Source: Phoronis australis
Taxonomy: Eukaryota > Animalia > Phoronida
NCBI GenBank assembly: GCA_002633005.1
Contig: NMRA01000188.1
Span: 162,853 to 226,852, forward strand
Length of the DNA: 64,000 nt
Direction of reading: 5' to 3'
Part shown: one piece after another, positions 48,001 through 58,843 of the stretch
How the letters are laid out: every line of letters begins with the position of its first letter
Numbering within the stretch: position 1 is the stretch's first letter
The notes under the pieces: generated by a model
What the model was told of the DNA's origin: nothing
Database searches by the model: none
The model's input: only the letters and a program-made list of their open reading frames with translations
Position numbers and translations under genes: made by a program

Positions 48001-51000
48001 TCATCGTTTTACACCAATAAATCATCAAAATTCGACGTAAAACCGTAACAAATACATAGAGTAATTGAACAAACGTGTGCATACAAACTAAGGTAGGCCA
48101 ATTTACCAAGGTCGGTCACGGGAGTTTGGGGTCTGTTCGGTGATAAATTCAAATTATTCATCCGTGAAATACAGATAGGAGAAATTTCTAAATTTAGACT
48201 TGTGATTTCTTTCAGTTCTAAACACGCAAAACGCTTGCTATCCCAGCCAGTGGCTCGGAACCTGATCAGGACCATCGCGGCCGGACTGACTGAAGACATC
48301 ACGAACATAAACCAGCCTAAGTTGGAAACTACGCTTCCAGTCATGAAAAGACTATACTAGTGAGCCAAAGAAAAAATGTGCACGTACATGATTATTTTGG
48401 TGAATTAGCCGCGAAACTGCAAATCTACTTACTCTTAAGCTCATCGAGGGCCGCGAGGTCAGGTTACCCTTCCACACAATCGTCCGGGCAAAAGTTGTAC
48501 AGGAACAATGATTCGAATAATGTATATGAATATCTATTCCCCTGACCACAGGATATAATATCGAGTTATTGTTTCACAACAGCTTTCTATCAGCAAACAC
48601 TGAATTAGCATGCGCACACACGACCTCGGTGCCCGGTCAATTAGTTTATTGCATCTAAAGCCAGTAACGCAGTGATTTATTAATTGCTGGCTTCTCAAAA
48701 CATTTCCACTCACAAACACTCCAAGGCATTACAAAATGTATCTAATGAGACAGACTTTGTTTCAGTATTATGTACCTTGGTTAGGGTGAAAATAATTCAT
48801 TTTGAAACAGAACACACAATAATAAACGTCAACGTGGCAACTCGCAATCCCGACTTAGACGAGTGCTCATCCGACGAAGACTTCACAGGTCAATCGTTAG
48901 GTTTCACAGGAATACACCGATCAACAAAGAATAGAAAGGCTCTGTGAAAATGCACAGACAACAGAACATATGGATAGTTCCGAAAACCGTTTGAATGACT
49001 TGTCATGGTGTCAGTGAGCTAACTGCATGATAATGGAAATGACTGACGCTTGCGTTTGCTGCCATGAAATTCTGCAAGTGACCTTCTTGGAGAAGTGCAA
49101 ATGTGTCTCACGAACAATCCTGATTTTGCACCGCATCTTAACAGATGTGTGCTTACGGCGTTTTTTAGGGCTGAGAATTTGAAAGAAGTGGCGAAAACAT
49201 TCTACACCCAGAGGACCAAACAGAAGCCTTATGAACGAGCCAGTCACCAAACAGGTTACATAAAACGTTATGTTCTCACGTCTTGAATTAATTGTAATTG
49301 TTTATGTTTTCATGGCCAACTATACATTCTCCATAATCAAAAACTGATCAACAACCGATCATGATCCCACAAAATGCAGGACACTGTCAGACATGGATAA
49401 GTTTCACGGCCTCATACTTGGTATTAACGGCGTACTTTTCATTCTTCACTACCGCAAGCTACTTCCGAAGCATTATGGGCGCTCAAGGAAATCGAAAAAA
49501 GAATATACCCACTTTCCTCAAAGCTTCATAGTTCATACAAGTGGGATCGATATACCGCACCATAGCCGCACTCACTCTGCAGAAGAACCATTGATGTCGC
49601 TGCATCGATTCTCACCTTCCTCACAGGTTAACGAGACACCTCTCGGCGAGGTAAGATCGACCGCATACGAGGTGATGTGGATATAGACCGATTAAGACGG
49701 TAAAAAAGATTAATTAAATTGGGTGGCATTCTCCTTTGATAACATATTTATGCCACTCAGTAATGGCACCACCTCTACATAGGGTCACTCAATGCAAATA
49801 TCTGTGCATCTTGTTCTATATATTCTGCATAAATACAATACTTCCCATGGAAACTCGGGTGCAAGCTTGTGGCATAGATATCGGAAGACGGGCATATCTA
49901 TTGTTCATTTTGTTGTTCTTTCTTATAATAGCGACAATGGTAAGCATTTATTGATAACCAGCTGATGTGCGCCCAAGGAACGATATCCTGCACTGTTATA
50001 TCCAACAAAGACACAACAAAGGAAAATAATGGTAGCGTTCCATAGGAGGTAACCGTGTGGCGAGCCTACAGCCGTCACATGGATCTCACAAGTTAAACAA
50101 TAGCTTGCAAAATCCATACAACATCATTTGGCATGGGTTAGTCTCCACTGTTTGATGTATTCTCTATGGCAAAAGTTAACAACTAAATGCATGTCAACCG
50201 GGTAAGTTTCTAATAAGGAATTCAGTTTTACCTTACATGATGCCAACTGCAAGAGGGCAGACGGAATGAAGCTAAAAATTACCTTGATCCTTGGGTGACA
50301 CATTAGAGGTTAAAATAGAACAAATGTTCTACAGTAATAAGTGTCCCAGAAGAGCAAGTCCATTGTAACACCAGTATAGAGTAATCACTTTTCAAGTTAC
50401 CCTTCTTGTCCAAAGTTAAGAAAGCATTTACTTGTACATATCTCGTACCTCCCAGCCAATGTACATCAAAGGAATATTTCCGTCAAGTTTGAAAATTCTA
50501 TTGCGGAGACACTGATCACTCATCAGAATTGAAACAAGATATATAGGAAGACGTGGATGAATAAGCTGTAAGGTATACTGCACACCCTAAAAAGAGATTC
50601 ATGGGTGTTCAGAGGATGCAAACACTGGCCTCGGGGCACCAGCAGAGCCAATCGACATCAACCTAGGTAACTTGATACTGAGCACCTGGATGGCATGTCA
50701 TATCACAGTTCCTGTAGTTGATGTGGAATATGTGAAGACAATGAAACAATCGTTCAACACAGAAAATCAATACCAGCACTTTCAACCATAACAGTTCTGT
50801 TACATAAATGAATATGTGGTGTAATATTGTTATTTTTCAGGTCAGTCATTATATGCTACAATAGCAGACTTTTCATACTGGCGTTCTCTAGAGTAATGAC
50901 AGCAAGAAAGCGACTTCCCTTTATCCCGCTCTCAGATTCGGTGGACAGAAATTTACAATTTAACAGAGGATTAAATCCCACTGTCAATCCCCCTTTGTTT

Positions 51001-54000
51001 GATGAGGTCAAGCTGACTAATTTTATTTTAAGTTTTCAACATGGGCTATGATCGATATTCTCCCGCTTTATCAGTTGCAAATGACCGACTATACGGCCGC
51101 AGCTCTTCTTCGTAGTGGGAAATGTACGGGACATGATGTCCTTCACCCGTAGATATTTCAAGAGGTTTGCCTCTTTCTGTAACCCAATAGTGCATCCAAC
51201 CGCACATCGGAGAAAATTTACCAGCATTATGACAGCAGCAAAGGTGATGAACCGCTCTTTATAACAGTAGGTTGAAACCTCCTACTTGCATTATTACATG
51301 AGACCTGTAAGTGGCACTGAATGCCAGTCCACCAAAGACCTGATCGCCATCTGGCATGTTAATGAATTTCAATATGGCACTGCTATTTCAAAAATCAGTT
51401 ATTTGGCATCCGTTCCTAAATACATCGGATGAGGCTGCCTTGTCAGTTCTTGCTAATTTTATGCACATAAAAATTTGGCACCAACACCCAACTCAAACTC
51501 ATTCACTCAGTCTCGCTACATTTTTCCATACAACAATTGTATTTGAGTACCTAAGTATGCAATTTGAAATTGAAAAAAATGCCAAAATGTTAGGACTGAC
51601 CTGCCATATGAAAGCCATCAAAGACCTTGAAGATGCAAACTACATAAATCTAAGTGCAAAAACTCCTTCCATTTGTTTGCACTGAGAATGATGCAGTGCG
51701 AATTTCTCAAGAAAAAATAACTAAGTTTTGTATTCATGAAATAAAAAGCCTGGACATACTTCGACTTTGTGTAGAATTCTATTATTGGGTGATTCGAGTT
51801 TGGTCCTTTAGCACTGAATACGTGCCAAACATGGAAATAAAACACATCCGCTACAAAATGTCACATGATCCTGTTTCTTTGCTTGGCACTGAATATGTGG
51901 CCACAAGGAAAAAATAGGTCAACCACAAAATGTCACGCGTATAACACTGTTACTTTGGCTTCAGAAGTGAACTGGGATTTAGCTCTTAAAACTGCCAGAA
52001 AATAATGGTTCTTTAGCAGAATATATTAGTTGCTTAATATGAGGCTGTGGTAGACTTTAGACCTGGCAAGTGTCAATTTCAACAACGCGACCATTCATAA
52101 TGCAGTGCACTAGACGCTAACAAGGTGATGTAGCTAGCGACCAGGTGACGACCAAGTGTAAAAGTATAAAATGAGTAGAAAATTGGCCTCACCCATACCA
52201 GCGTTTTTATTTTGCTTGTCACACTTTATGAGATTGAAGTACCGAGTGGCAAATATGTCGTCACCTCTATTTTCGAGCGGACACCTTTGCTTGTGTCAAG
52301 GGCTGATTTGTTTGTGTAAGTCTCAATAGCACATCCAAATTTTGTTTCGTATTAATGTTCAAGATGATATCTCAAAAAACCGGATGCAGTTTTCTAAATT
52401 AATGTTCCATTTTTGATCTGTGAAACTTGGATTTTTTTCATAAAAATTGGAGAACAGAGCATCAACCATACTATCAGAAACTTTTATACGAATTAGACCA
52501 GCCATTTCCAAGAAATGCTGTTCCAAATTTGGACTTTTTTTCTAGCATCCTAAATAACGTCAACACAATATATCCATATTACTAGACGCTGACCCTTCAA
52601 TACGTTAGCTAATATTCCTGTCATAGCACGCAACAACCAAATTGTTGCCATAGCAACTTAGCACAACTGTCTCGGATGTATAATTGCGTACCTGAAAATA
52701 TTTGATGTCTGAAACGCTGGATGATGACGATCAACATCAGTGTAAGGCAAAAGCAACAGAATGAACAGAAAAACTGGCATTTTATGACATAACTAGTCAG
52801 AACATGCTTTTTGACTCAAAAGCTAAATCTCCAAAAAATGCACGTGACAGCATTGTCTATTCACTTAGAGCCTCTATGACCAAGAAAGCATGTCTATACA
52901 TAAATACCACATCATCGTGCTTTTCGTCATCACGGCACCAAAAACCAAACATCCTCTAAAGGTTTTTTGATTCAACAATCTGACGAGCACCTCTCAACTC
53001 AACTCAACCAAAAATAAATACACTCGCTATGTACTGCGAACTGATGTTTCATAACCCTCATCAAGTTCCAGCATGAATCAGTGCCATCCACAAGCCATTA
53101 ACGTGCGCTGACCTGTCATCAGTAAAAAACTGACCTGTTTCTGCATCTTCTGCTGTCGTATGCTTTGAGACGGGACATCATCACCATCGTCAGGCACACT
53201 GGAACCAGACAGAGATAGTAAAGAGATTCCGTCCATATGTTAATGCATTAGACAGACGTGAATGAAAACTGCCTGGAGTGTTGGTCATGCAGCATAGAGA
53301 GGAAGTAACTGACGGATGTGACAAGACGTCACAAAGATATCAAGTAACATAATTAAGCGTGTCACTTGAGCGTCACATCATCAAGCCCTAGCGAGAGTGA
53401 TTAAAAATAATTAGAAGTGCTTACAGCGCAAAAATCACTCATAAAACTGCGTAACGTGTGGTACACTGATTTTTCACCTATTTAGCACACAGGATAGCGG
53501 AAAAGTGAAATGTGTTTCGTCAACAAAAATAGTTTTGGTTAGGTTTGATTTACATTGTTCTGATGTTATAAAACAATGTTTAACAAGTTTTCTTTATTTC
53601 CAACAAGGTAATCGACCAATGAGAAATAGAAAACATCAATTTTTGGAATTAGTTCGCGCAAAACAAAAAAGTGAAGAGTTGTAGATTGAAGTGATTCATT
53701 TACTTTACAACAGACACCAATTCAAGAACATTCTTCTAATCAAGAAATTAAAGACGAAAACTGAAGCAATAAAAAACCTTCTTGATTAAAACCTGTGTAG
53801 CACAATCTTTGAATATTTTGGGGTAGAACCCATGGACTTCATTCTTTAAAACCGCGAGTTACATTTACTTCCCAATTACACAACAATGCCAAAGACATAG
53901 TTGGTTCTGATCTGCTTTTTTTTAAAGAGACATGGTGGAGCACATTTTGAGCTGTTCGTTTTCCAAAAAGCAAGTTTCAAAATAAGACGGGGCACAGACC

Positions 54001-54239
54001 AGATTTAACGATGCTTTTTTGCCCTAACACCGTAGTCCAAATGAAGTTCACTGATTGTTCCATCTGGAAGATTTACCACTGTTGCCTCAATTTTAAAATT
54101 AGAATTTGAACCTCATAACATCAGCTTGACCTACTTCTGATTTGTGGTGTGTGGAACTTAATTCTTAATTATGAAATAATTGAAAAAAACACATAAGAGC
54201 TTACCTGCCAGGTGGACCGTTCATCCAACCTCCCGACAT
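26921..54239 (-). CDS. TUB: Tubby-family protein (TUB/TULP, king tubby-like), 12 coding exons, about 545 aa
   Basis: complement(join(26921-27054,28322-28405,29191-29377,30341-30443,30740-30852,33532-33726,34989-35281,38948-39055,41692-41844,47239-47407,53135-53198,54205-54239)) = 1638 nt, GT-AG and in phase. C-terminal tubby domain ([69 protein letters not shown]) and an N-terminal helix [20 protein letters not shown] resembling the IFT-A-binding segment. Confidence 0.93.
28322..28405 (-). CDS. TUB: Tubby coding exon 11
   Basis: (E)[27 protein letters not shown]; CCAG/GTGAG. Confidence 0.96.
29191..29377 (-). CDS. TUB: Tubby coding exon 10
   Basis: [62 protein letters not shown]; ACAG/GTAGG. 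Confidence 0.96.
29597..30152. mobile_element. MITE-like insertion with internal tandem duplication in a Tubby intron
   Basis: Imperfect TIRs CATGCGCACACCCAG / CTGGATGCCCGCATG; internal ~215-bp duplication holding four copies of AAGGCAGAAATTYGGCAAATGCRCAATTCATGGCTCTGAAAGTRCCCCATTTT; no target-site duplication seen. Confidence 0.7.
30341..30443 (-). CDS. TUB: Tubby coding exon 9
   Basis: (R)[34 protein letters not shown]; GCAG/GTAAG. Confidence 0.95.
30740..30852 (-). CDS. TUB: Tubby coding exon 8
   Basis: [37 protein letters not shown]; TTCAG/GTAGT. Confidence 0.96.
30947..31190. repeat. Degenerate ~82-bp tandem repeat, 3 copies
   Basis: Recurring AGCCTT..GCA.CA ... TTTGATT ... ACCAAAGCC.ACCAA.AGAC. 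Confidence 0.6.
32310..33010. repeat. Inverted copy of the 7049-8170 repeat family
   Basis: TTTCATAAAAATCTGTCAAGAAACTTCA is the near-exact reverse complement of 8004-8031; TGCCACYAGGGG-type motifs near 32401, 32546, 32709 and 32845. Confidence 0.7.
33532..33726 (-). CDS. TUB: Tubby coding exon 7
   Basis: [65 protein letters not shown]; GCAG/GTAGT. Confidence 0.95.
34989..35281 (-). CDS. TUB: Tubby coding exon 6 (low-complexity linker with RD repeat; alternative exon end at 35097)
   Basis: (V)[11 protein letters not shown]...[14 protein letters not shown]; TTTCAG acceptor, GTAAGT donor; phases fit the flanking exons. Confidence 0.85.
37370..38508. mobile_element. MITE (Tc1/mariner-pogo type) with perfect 24-bp TIRs and TA target-site duplication; spans an assembly gap
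   Basis: TA|CCGTAATCGTTCGGGTTAACGCCC ... GGGCGTTAACCCGAACGATTACGG|TA; multiple subterminal GGGCG(G/C)TTAA repeats. Confidence 0.9.
37492..38220. other. Assembly gap (729 N)
   Basis: Run of N beginning right after a poly-G tract. Confidence 0.99.
38948..39055 (-). CDS. TUB: Tubby coding exon 5 (putative 108-nt cassette)
   Basis: TTTTAG/(G)[40 protein letters not shown]; open frame, phase 1-1; no homology recognised. Confidence 0.55.
40338..40466. repeat. Direct duplication of a ~53-bp block (period ~75 bp)
   Basis: CAGTGACAGTCCATATAAAACAGTA.TGGT.AGAATATCGCGAAATGTAGCAA twice. Confidence 0.85.
40620..40880. repeat. GC-rich degenerate tandem repeat (70-88-bp units, 3-4 copies), probably transposon subterminal
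   Basis: CA(C/T)GTGGCC(G/A)GC...ATAGGGGG...CTGCCCAA units near 40623, 40693, 40781 and 40859. Confidence 0.75.
41692..41844 (-). CDS. TUB: Tubby coding exon 4
   Basis: (A)[50 protein letters not shown]; CTAG/GTAAG; AYDGP motif as recalled from invertebrate tubby proteins. Confidence 0.85.
42607..42769. mobile_element. Fold-back MITE (~165 bp)
   Basis: Whole element is an imperfect inverted repeat: ATAGATTATTA/TAATAATCTAT, CATTATCCCC/GGGGATAATG, TCTAGAGCCC/GGGCTCTAGA, GATTTTG/CAAAATC. Confidence 0.8.
46080..46795. repeat. Probable non-autonomous interspersed element with 3' hairpin (DINE-1/HINE-like)
   Basis: CpG-richer block ending in AAG-rich sequence, imperfect hairpin TACTTGCC...GCCAAGTA (46764-46789) and an A-run; boundaries approximate. 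Confidence 0.35.
47239..47407 (-). CDS. TUB: Tubby coding exon 3
   Basis: [56 protein letters not shown]; resembles TUB [34 protein letters not shown]/GTAAG. Confidence 0.9.
47798..49735. mobile_element. Kolobok-like DNA transposon derivative (TTAA target, 14-bp TIRs) in Tubby intron 2
   Basis: TTAA|ACGAGAATGCCACC ... GGTGGCATTCTCCT|TTGA (one mismatch in the TIR, one in the TSD); contains a KolX-like pseudogene. Confidence 0.75.
48834..49240 (+). pseudogene. Decayed KolX / P2X7 C-terminal ballast-like Cys-rich protein
   Basis: Across frameshifts: (GTG)[19 protein letters not shown] / [11 protein letters not shown]...[27 protein letters not shown] / [21 protein letters not shown] / [19 protein letters not shown]. 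Matches the WCxCxxC..M..CxCCxE..CxT.xP.F pattern, with TGA replacing one Cys codon at 49015-49017. Confidence 0.75.
52644..52657. promoter_or_regulatory. RFX-binding X-box in Tubby intron 2
   Basis: GTTGCCATAGCAAC, a full match to GTHNYY-AT-RRNAAC. Confidence 0.6.
53135..53198 (-). CDS. TUB: Tubby coding exon 2
   Basis: (S)[21 protein letters not shown]; resembles TUB SVLDDEGRNLRQQKLDRQ; CCAG/GTCAG. Confidence 0.85.
54205..54239 (-). CDS. TUB: Tubby first coding exon (exon 54205-54254; an upstream exon was not located)
   Basis: TTTCAG acceptor at 54255, AAAATG context, [11 protein letters not shown](S), GTAAG donor in phase 2 matching the next exon. The 15 nt before the ATG are also open, so an upstream coding exon cannot be excluded. 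Confidence 0.7.
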
Positions 54240-57200
54240 TTTAGTGCGCTCAGCCTGAAATGAAAAAGAAATACATTTTCAAACACCCAACAGCAAACTT
54301 TACAAGTCTGTAGCTGTCTTCACTGGCACTTGTGTAATGTGCAAATCCGCGGGGTAACATTTTGCAAGCATTTCCAAGATACTAAATTTAACACCTGAAA
54401 TCATATATTTTTGAGAAAAACGAAGTTTTGTGAACAAAAATGTGACATTTGCTGCCATATGCACATTTTTAGGAAACATAATTTTTAAAGATATCCAGGT
54501 AACTTCCACAGCCAGGAAATTTTTGATCAAAACAATGCATTTGCGCGTTATTTTTGTGCATTAAGAATTGTCTGCTGATCAAGGATTTCAAAAATATGTG
54601 ATTTTAAGGAATCACACAAAATTGTACTTTGTAATCTGCCACCAATCATCAGATTGTCTACAGTCCCAACTGCATTAAGTGAAACACCAATCCCTCAACA
54701 AGTAGTCTGACAAACAGAAACTAACTGTTTAACACAAGTTTGACAGCAACATTTTGTGGGGAACAATGTTTACGGCACACTTTTAATTAAAACATCCAAA
54801 GAATTCCCCTCAGAAACAAAAAGACACTGAGGCCTTGCAATGCACAAAAGGAAGCATTTAGAGAAATTCTAGAAACCCCTTCACAAATGTTTGTTCCAAG
54901 TCCTTGCAAGTAGTCCTGGCTCAGTGAGATCCAGGCTTTTTGCCAATCAGCTTTTAGTCCTTATTAGTGAAATGTCAAGTCTCTGAAGGTTACCGGAAAT
55001 ACTCACAAAGGTAGATTATAACTATGCATACTGTTTTTATAGCTCCATTCGTTACTGACTACATTGAGCAATTAAGAATTTATTTTTCTACCATATTCAT
55101 CAATATGAATGCTCATGCCTTTCCGCGATTATCAACTTACCGGTAATCATTTATTACGCAATCTGGACATGACTTAACCCAAGTCTAATGTGTATGCTTA
55201 TCCAGGATTCTCCTCCATTCTCCCAAAGTGATCATGCTTCAAAAATCAGTACGGTCCTACCGGTAGGCAGCTATGACTATGGTGGTACATTTGTTTTAGT
55301 ACAAGGAAACGGAAGACTGGCCCATCATTGACTCTGAACTTAACTAAAGCAAGCAGGGGATGGAAAAATGGAGGAGTTAACAGGTGTCATCTTCAAATTT
55401 CAATTATTTGAATGTTTATTACACATCAAAGCATTGAGCATTCACAGAGAGCCTTCAAAATCCACTTGGATTAATTTCTTGGATCTCAAAAGTGGTGAAA
55501 AGCTCAATTTCACTGGCACCCACAGTTTTGGATTAACTCAAATAACCGAGCAAATTCATGCCAGCAAAACTTACACTTGTAACAGTTCACACAACTGGTG
55601 TTATTTTTTGTTACTAAATTGCTAGAGAAAACAGGCTTTAGACAATTCATGGAGTATACGTTATGCATATGGCAAGCAAAGCATTCCTGGAGAACTACAA
55701 GAATACTTGAGTACCCATGCACTCCCAAGTCACTATGAGTATAATGAACTCTAAGGCCTGCCTGTGGACAATAGTTAAATACTTTGACCACAATACCTCC
55801 TATAGAAACCAAGAAAAACACAATGCCACCATAATGGTTGCATGAATAGCTTTCATAACTACAGTTGCAATATGGTGGTGACACCTCATAAAAGTTCACA
55901 TACAAGGTAACTAAACTACACAGGTTAATGGACTCATGAACATGGTCATAAGTTACCAACAGACTTAGCTGGCCAAGTCAACTAAGGCTTCCTGTGCTAG
56001 TACTTTCTGAGGACAGTGCCTTCAATGACATCCGACTTGAAGATAACTTTTTACATTTTAATGGCAGGGTCGGGTGGCATAAAACTTGAAAATTATCTGC
56101 TGAATAATAATGCTCTCATCAACAGAAAATTCAAACTCAATAAGAATAACATAAGTCTCAAACATATTTGAGAGTACATAACCACACAGGGATTGGTTTA
56201 GTATGTAAACCAGAGTCAATACACGCTGAACATCTAAAATGTCCTGTGTTGCTAAAAAAAGACTAACCTCCTAAGAGATCAAACTTATTGCATAGCTTTT
56301 CAAACTCCATGACCAGTCAAATCAAGAGATTGCTACACGCCTCGAAGGCAAATGGGCTAAGCCTATAGCTCATGTCAGTGGCAAAATAAAATGAAATGAA
56401 TCCTGAAGATTTTGCCTAACGGTGCGATGCGTGCCCGCCTAATAGTAATGTTTCACTAACTTGTATTTCTGTCACCTAATGACTGTAAATAGTCAAAGCA
56501 CATGCTGAGGAGAGCTTAAAAGTGTTTAACTGATTACCATTGTCAGGCAATGAAAATTAATTAAATAGCTTCACCTGACAACTCTATCTCAAGGGCATAT
56601 TCAACCAAAGTAAGTACTCAGTCAGTGAGCATTGTGCTCGCTGTGTGCAGGTAACCTACATCGAGCTATACGCTGAGCGAAGTTCACTCGAGGATGATGG
56701 CTCCGCTTAGACCTATTCATCCGCACAGCTCTCAACAAACCATTTTTTATGTGGGTGACTCTCAGCTGTTGTTACATTTACTTAGTGGTACCTGGATAGA
56801 CACTTCCCAGGCAAACAACAAATCCCTGGTGGCTTTATGATGATCCCATTTTTAAACCTGCAACTCTTAGTTGACTCAATACATCAAGTCAAAGCAACAA
56901 AGGCATTGTCAATGAAATTCAATCAACTAATAACTTACCACATTGTACTGCATCCGATTCATCGGAGCTACGGAAATAAAATTAAAGGACACTGTCACAT
57001 TTCGCTAATTTCATTTGTTCAGTGTTTAAGCTAGAACAGAACAAACAAGATGTGACCAATCAAAGCCAGATGGGTCTCATCCCAGCAGACAGTGTCTCCC
57101 AGCTGACACAATTAACATACCTGCATAATCAAACAAAAATGGTAATTGTGGGTTAGTCACATCTAGGACATGGCAGAGCTGGACACCAAATAACACACAA

Positions 57201-57324
57201 GATTTAGGGTACACATTACAACAGTACTTTGACTTGGGGAGTTCAATCAGAAGCAACCGAAGACACTCAGTTTAAAACCTACAGGTATTTCTTCAAAGCT
57301 TTTAAAAACATAAGAACATATTAC

Positions 57325-57965
57325 AGTGCATGAAAGTTACGCCAAGTCACATTTGGCGACTTGGGAAAAATCCCAGGTCGCCAAATGAAAGCTGAGGTTG
57401 CCAAAACTGAAAATCCCAGGCCACCGAATAAAATCTGAGGTTGCCAATCTGGCGTAGAATTCGACAAAAAGTCATGCGGTTGTACTGCACCCCATTCTCA
57501 GAATGTTACGTGTGCCTCTCCACTGTCTCCTAGTAAATGTTTATTCATTTTCTGACTCAATTCCTCCCGTCGACACATGAACATTGAAGCACGCAGACCA
57601 TTGCATAAGCTGGTGGCGCGTAATGCGCCAGTCTTGTCCGATTTTTGTCGAACAATTCTGTCGGTTTACTTTCCGTTGTAATTTAAGCGTGTGTTCGACG
57701 TGTGCTGAGTGCTGAATACTGTGGTGGCAAATGCACTGATTTCAGGAAACAAAGGGAACAATTGTGAATCAAAGTTAATGAGTCTAAGAAAACTGTTAGT
57801 AATTCAAAATCTGTAAGTAAACACGAACTTTATAACAAATTTAGGGGAAATTATTGTCCGACTTTGATACTCGCAATGGCAACTTAGAGGCGACTTGAGA
57901 TTTTTCCTAGGTCACCAAACACAACCTGATGTCGCATTGGCAACCTGCAGGTCACCAAATCACAA
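57325..57965. mobile_element. DNA-transposon-like dispersed repeat with GGTCGCCAAA/GGCGACTTG subterminal motifs
   Basis: Homologous to 8785-9070; motif clusters at both ends (57345-57450 and 57875-57960). Confidence 0.55.
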
Positions 57966-58714
57966 AATCAAGTGCTGCATTAAAAATATTACCACATTGA
58001 TTTGACTGGTCAAGATTATTTCTGAAACAAATTTCTTTTCAGCTCAGAGAGTAAAATCGAATTTAGGTGAATACCAAAGGGGAAATATTCAACACAGAAT
58101 CCTCCAGAGTATCAGAAAATGGCAAACAGTAGAATGTTAATAACTTTCTTTCTTTCAACATTTCACAGACTTCAAAACAAAAGACAAACTTACTAATTAG
58201 TAAACAGGGCTAGGTAGCAAAAAACTTCAAAATTATTCATTGTTCAACAGTTAACAACGTGGCGTGTGATAACGTGACGTCATTATTGCTATACGGCGTA
58301 TAACTTTTATGTAACTGAGCCCAGGACTAGTTCCCAAGCCAGTCAGAGTAGAATTTGGTTTCTGTAACTTAAAAAAGACGGGAAATGAGTAAACTAAAGA
58401 ATCCATTCCAAAAATATACCATAACTACCTTATCAGCTGCAAAATTGGGTATACTACTCCTAGTTACCATGGTCGCAAAACAAAACAATTGAAAAATAGT
58501 AGGATAAGTATTCTCACAGAAGGGTCAATACCAGCACAACTTCGTGACTTCCCCTATTGTTCACCAACAGAAACTGTCTGCTTTGCCGGGTACCATATGT
58601 TGATGGGCAATAGTCAGTTTGATGCTACATTAGTTAAATTAATTTCTAAAAAAAATTCTCATTGCTCTGAGAAAATGGGCACCCTATTTTTGAAATCCTA
58701 GATGAAGTCCTGCG

Positions 58715-58843
58715 CAGGAGCGGACCCAAGAATTAAGATTTTACTGGACCGGCAGTGCAGTTTTGAGGAGCCCGCAACATTTTTAAATTATGTTGGTTGT
58801 TCTTCTTGAGTGGGGGTTTAAAGCCCTGGAAGATCCGCCACTG
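58715..58843. mobile_element. Small MITE remnant
   Basis: Imperfect TIRs CAGGAGCGGACC / GATCCGCCACTG; no TSD seen. Confidence 0.45.

Noticed and set aside
48352-48549. THAP-like transposase N-terminus opposite KolX
   Set aside because: Only a vague HVRAHF resemblance; the required Cys/Trp/Pro pattern is missing.
49015-49017. In-frame TGA at a Cys position of KolX read as selenocysteine
   Set aside because: The frame also has frameshifts and an apparently lost ATG, and no SECIS is evident; simple decay explains it.
51036-51227. 63-aa ORF as an extra Tubby exon
   Set aside because: Ends in a stop, has no donor and no recognisable homology; more likely a repeat fragment.
5156-54239. Both reconstructed CDSs total 1638 nt
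   Set aside because: Coincidence; the Tubby length depends on optional exons.
55510-55959. 149-aa ORF, the longest non-gap ORF in the track
   Set aside because: No recognisable domain, non-ATG start and no compatible splice context.
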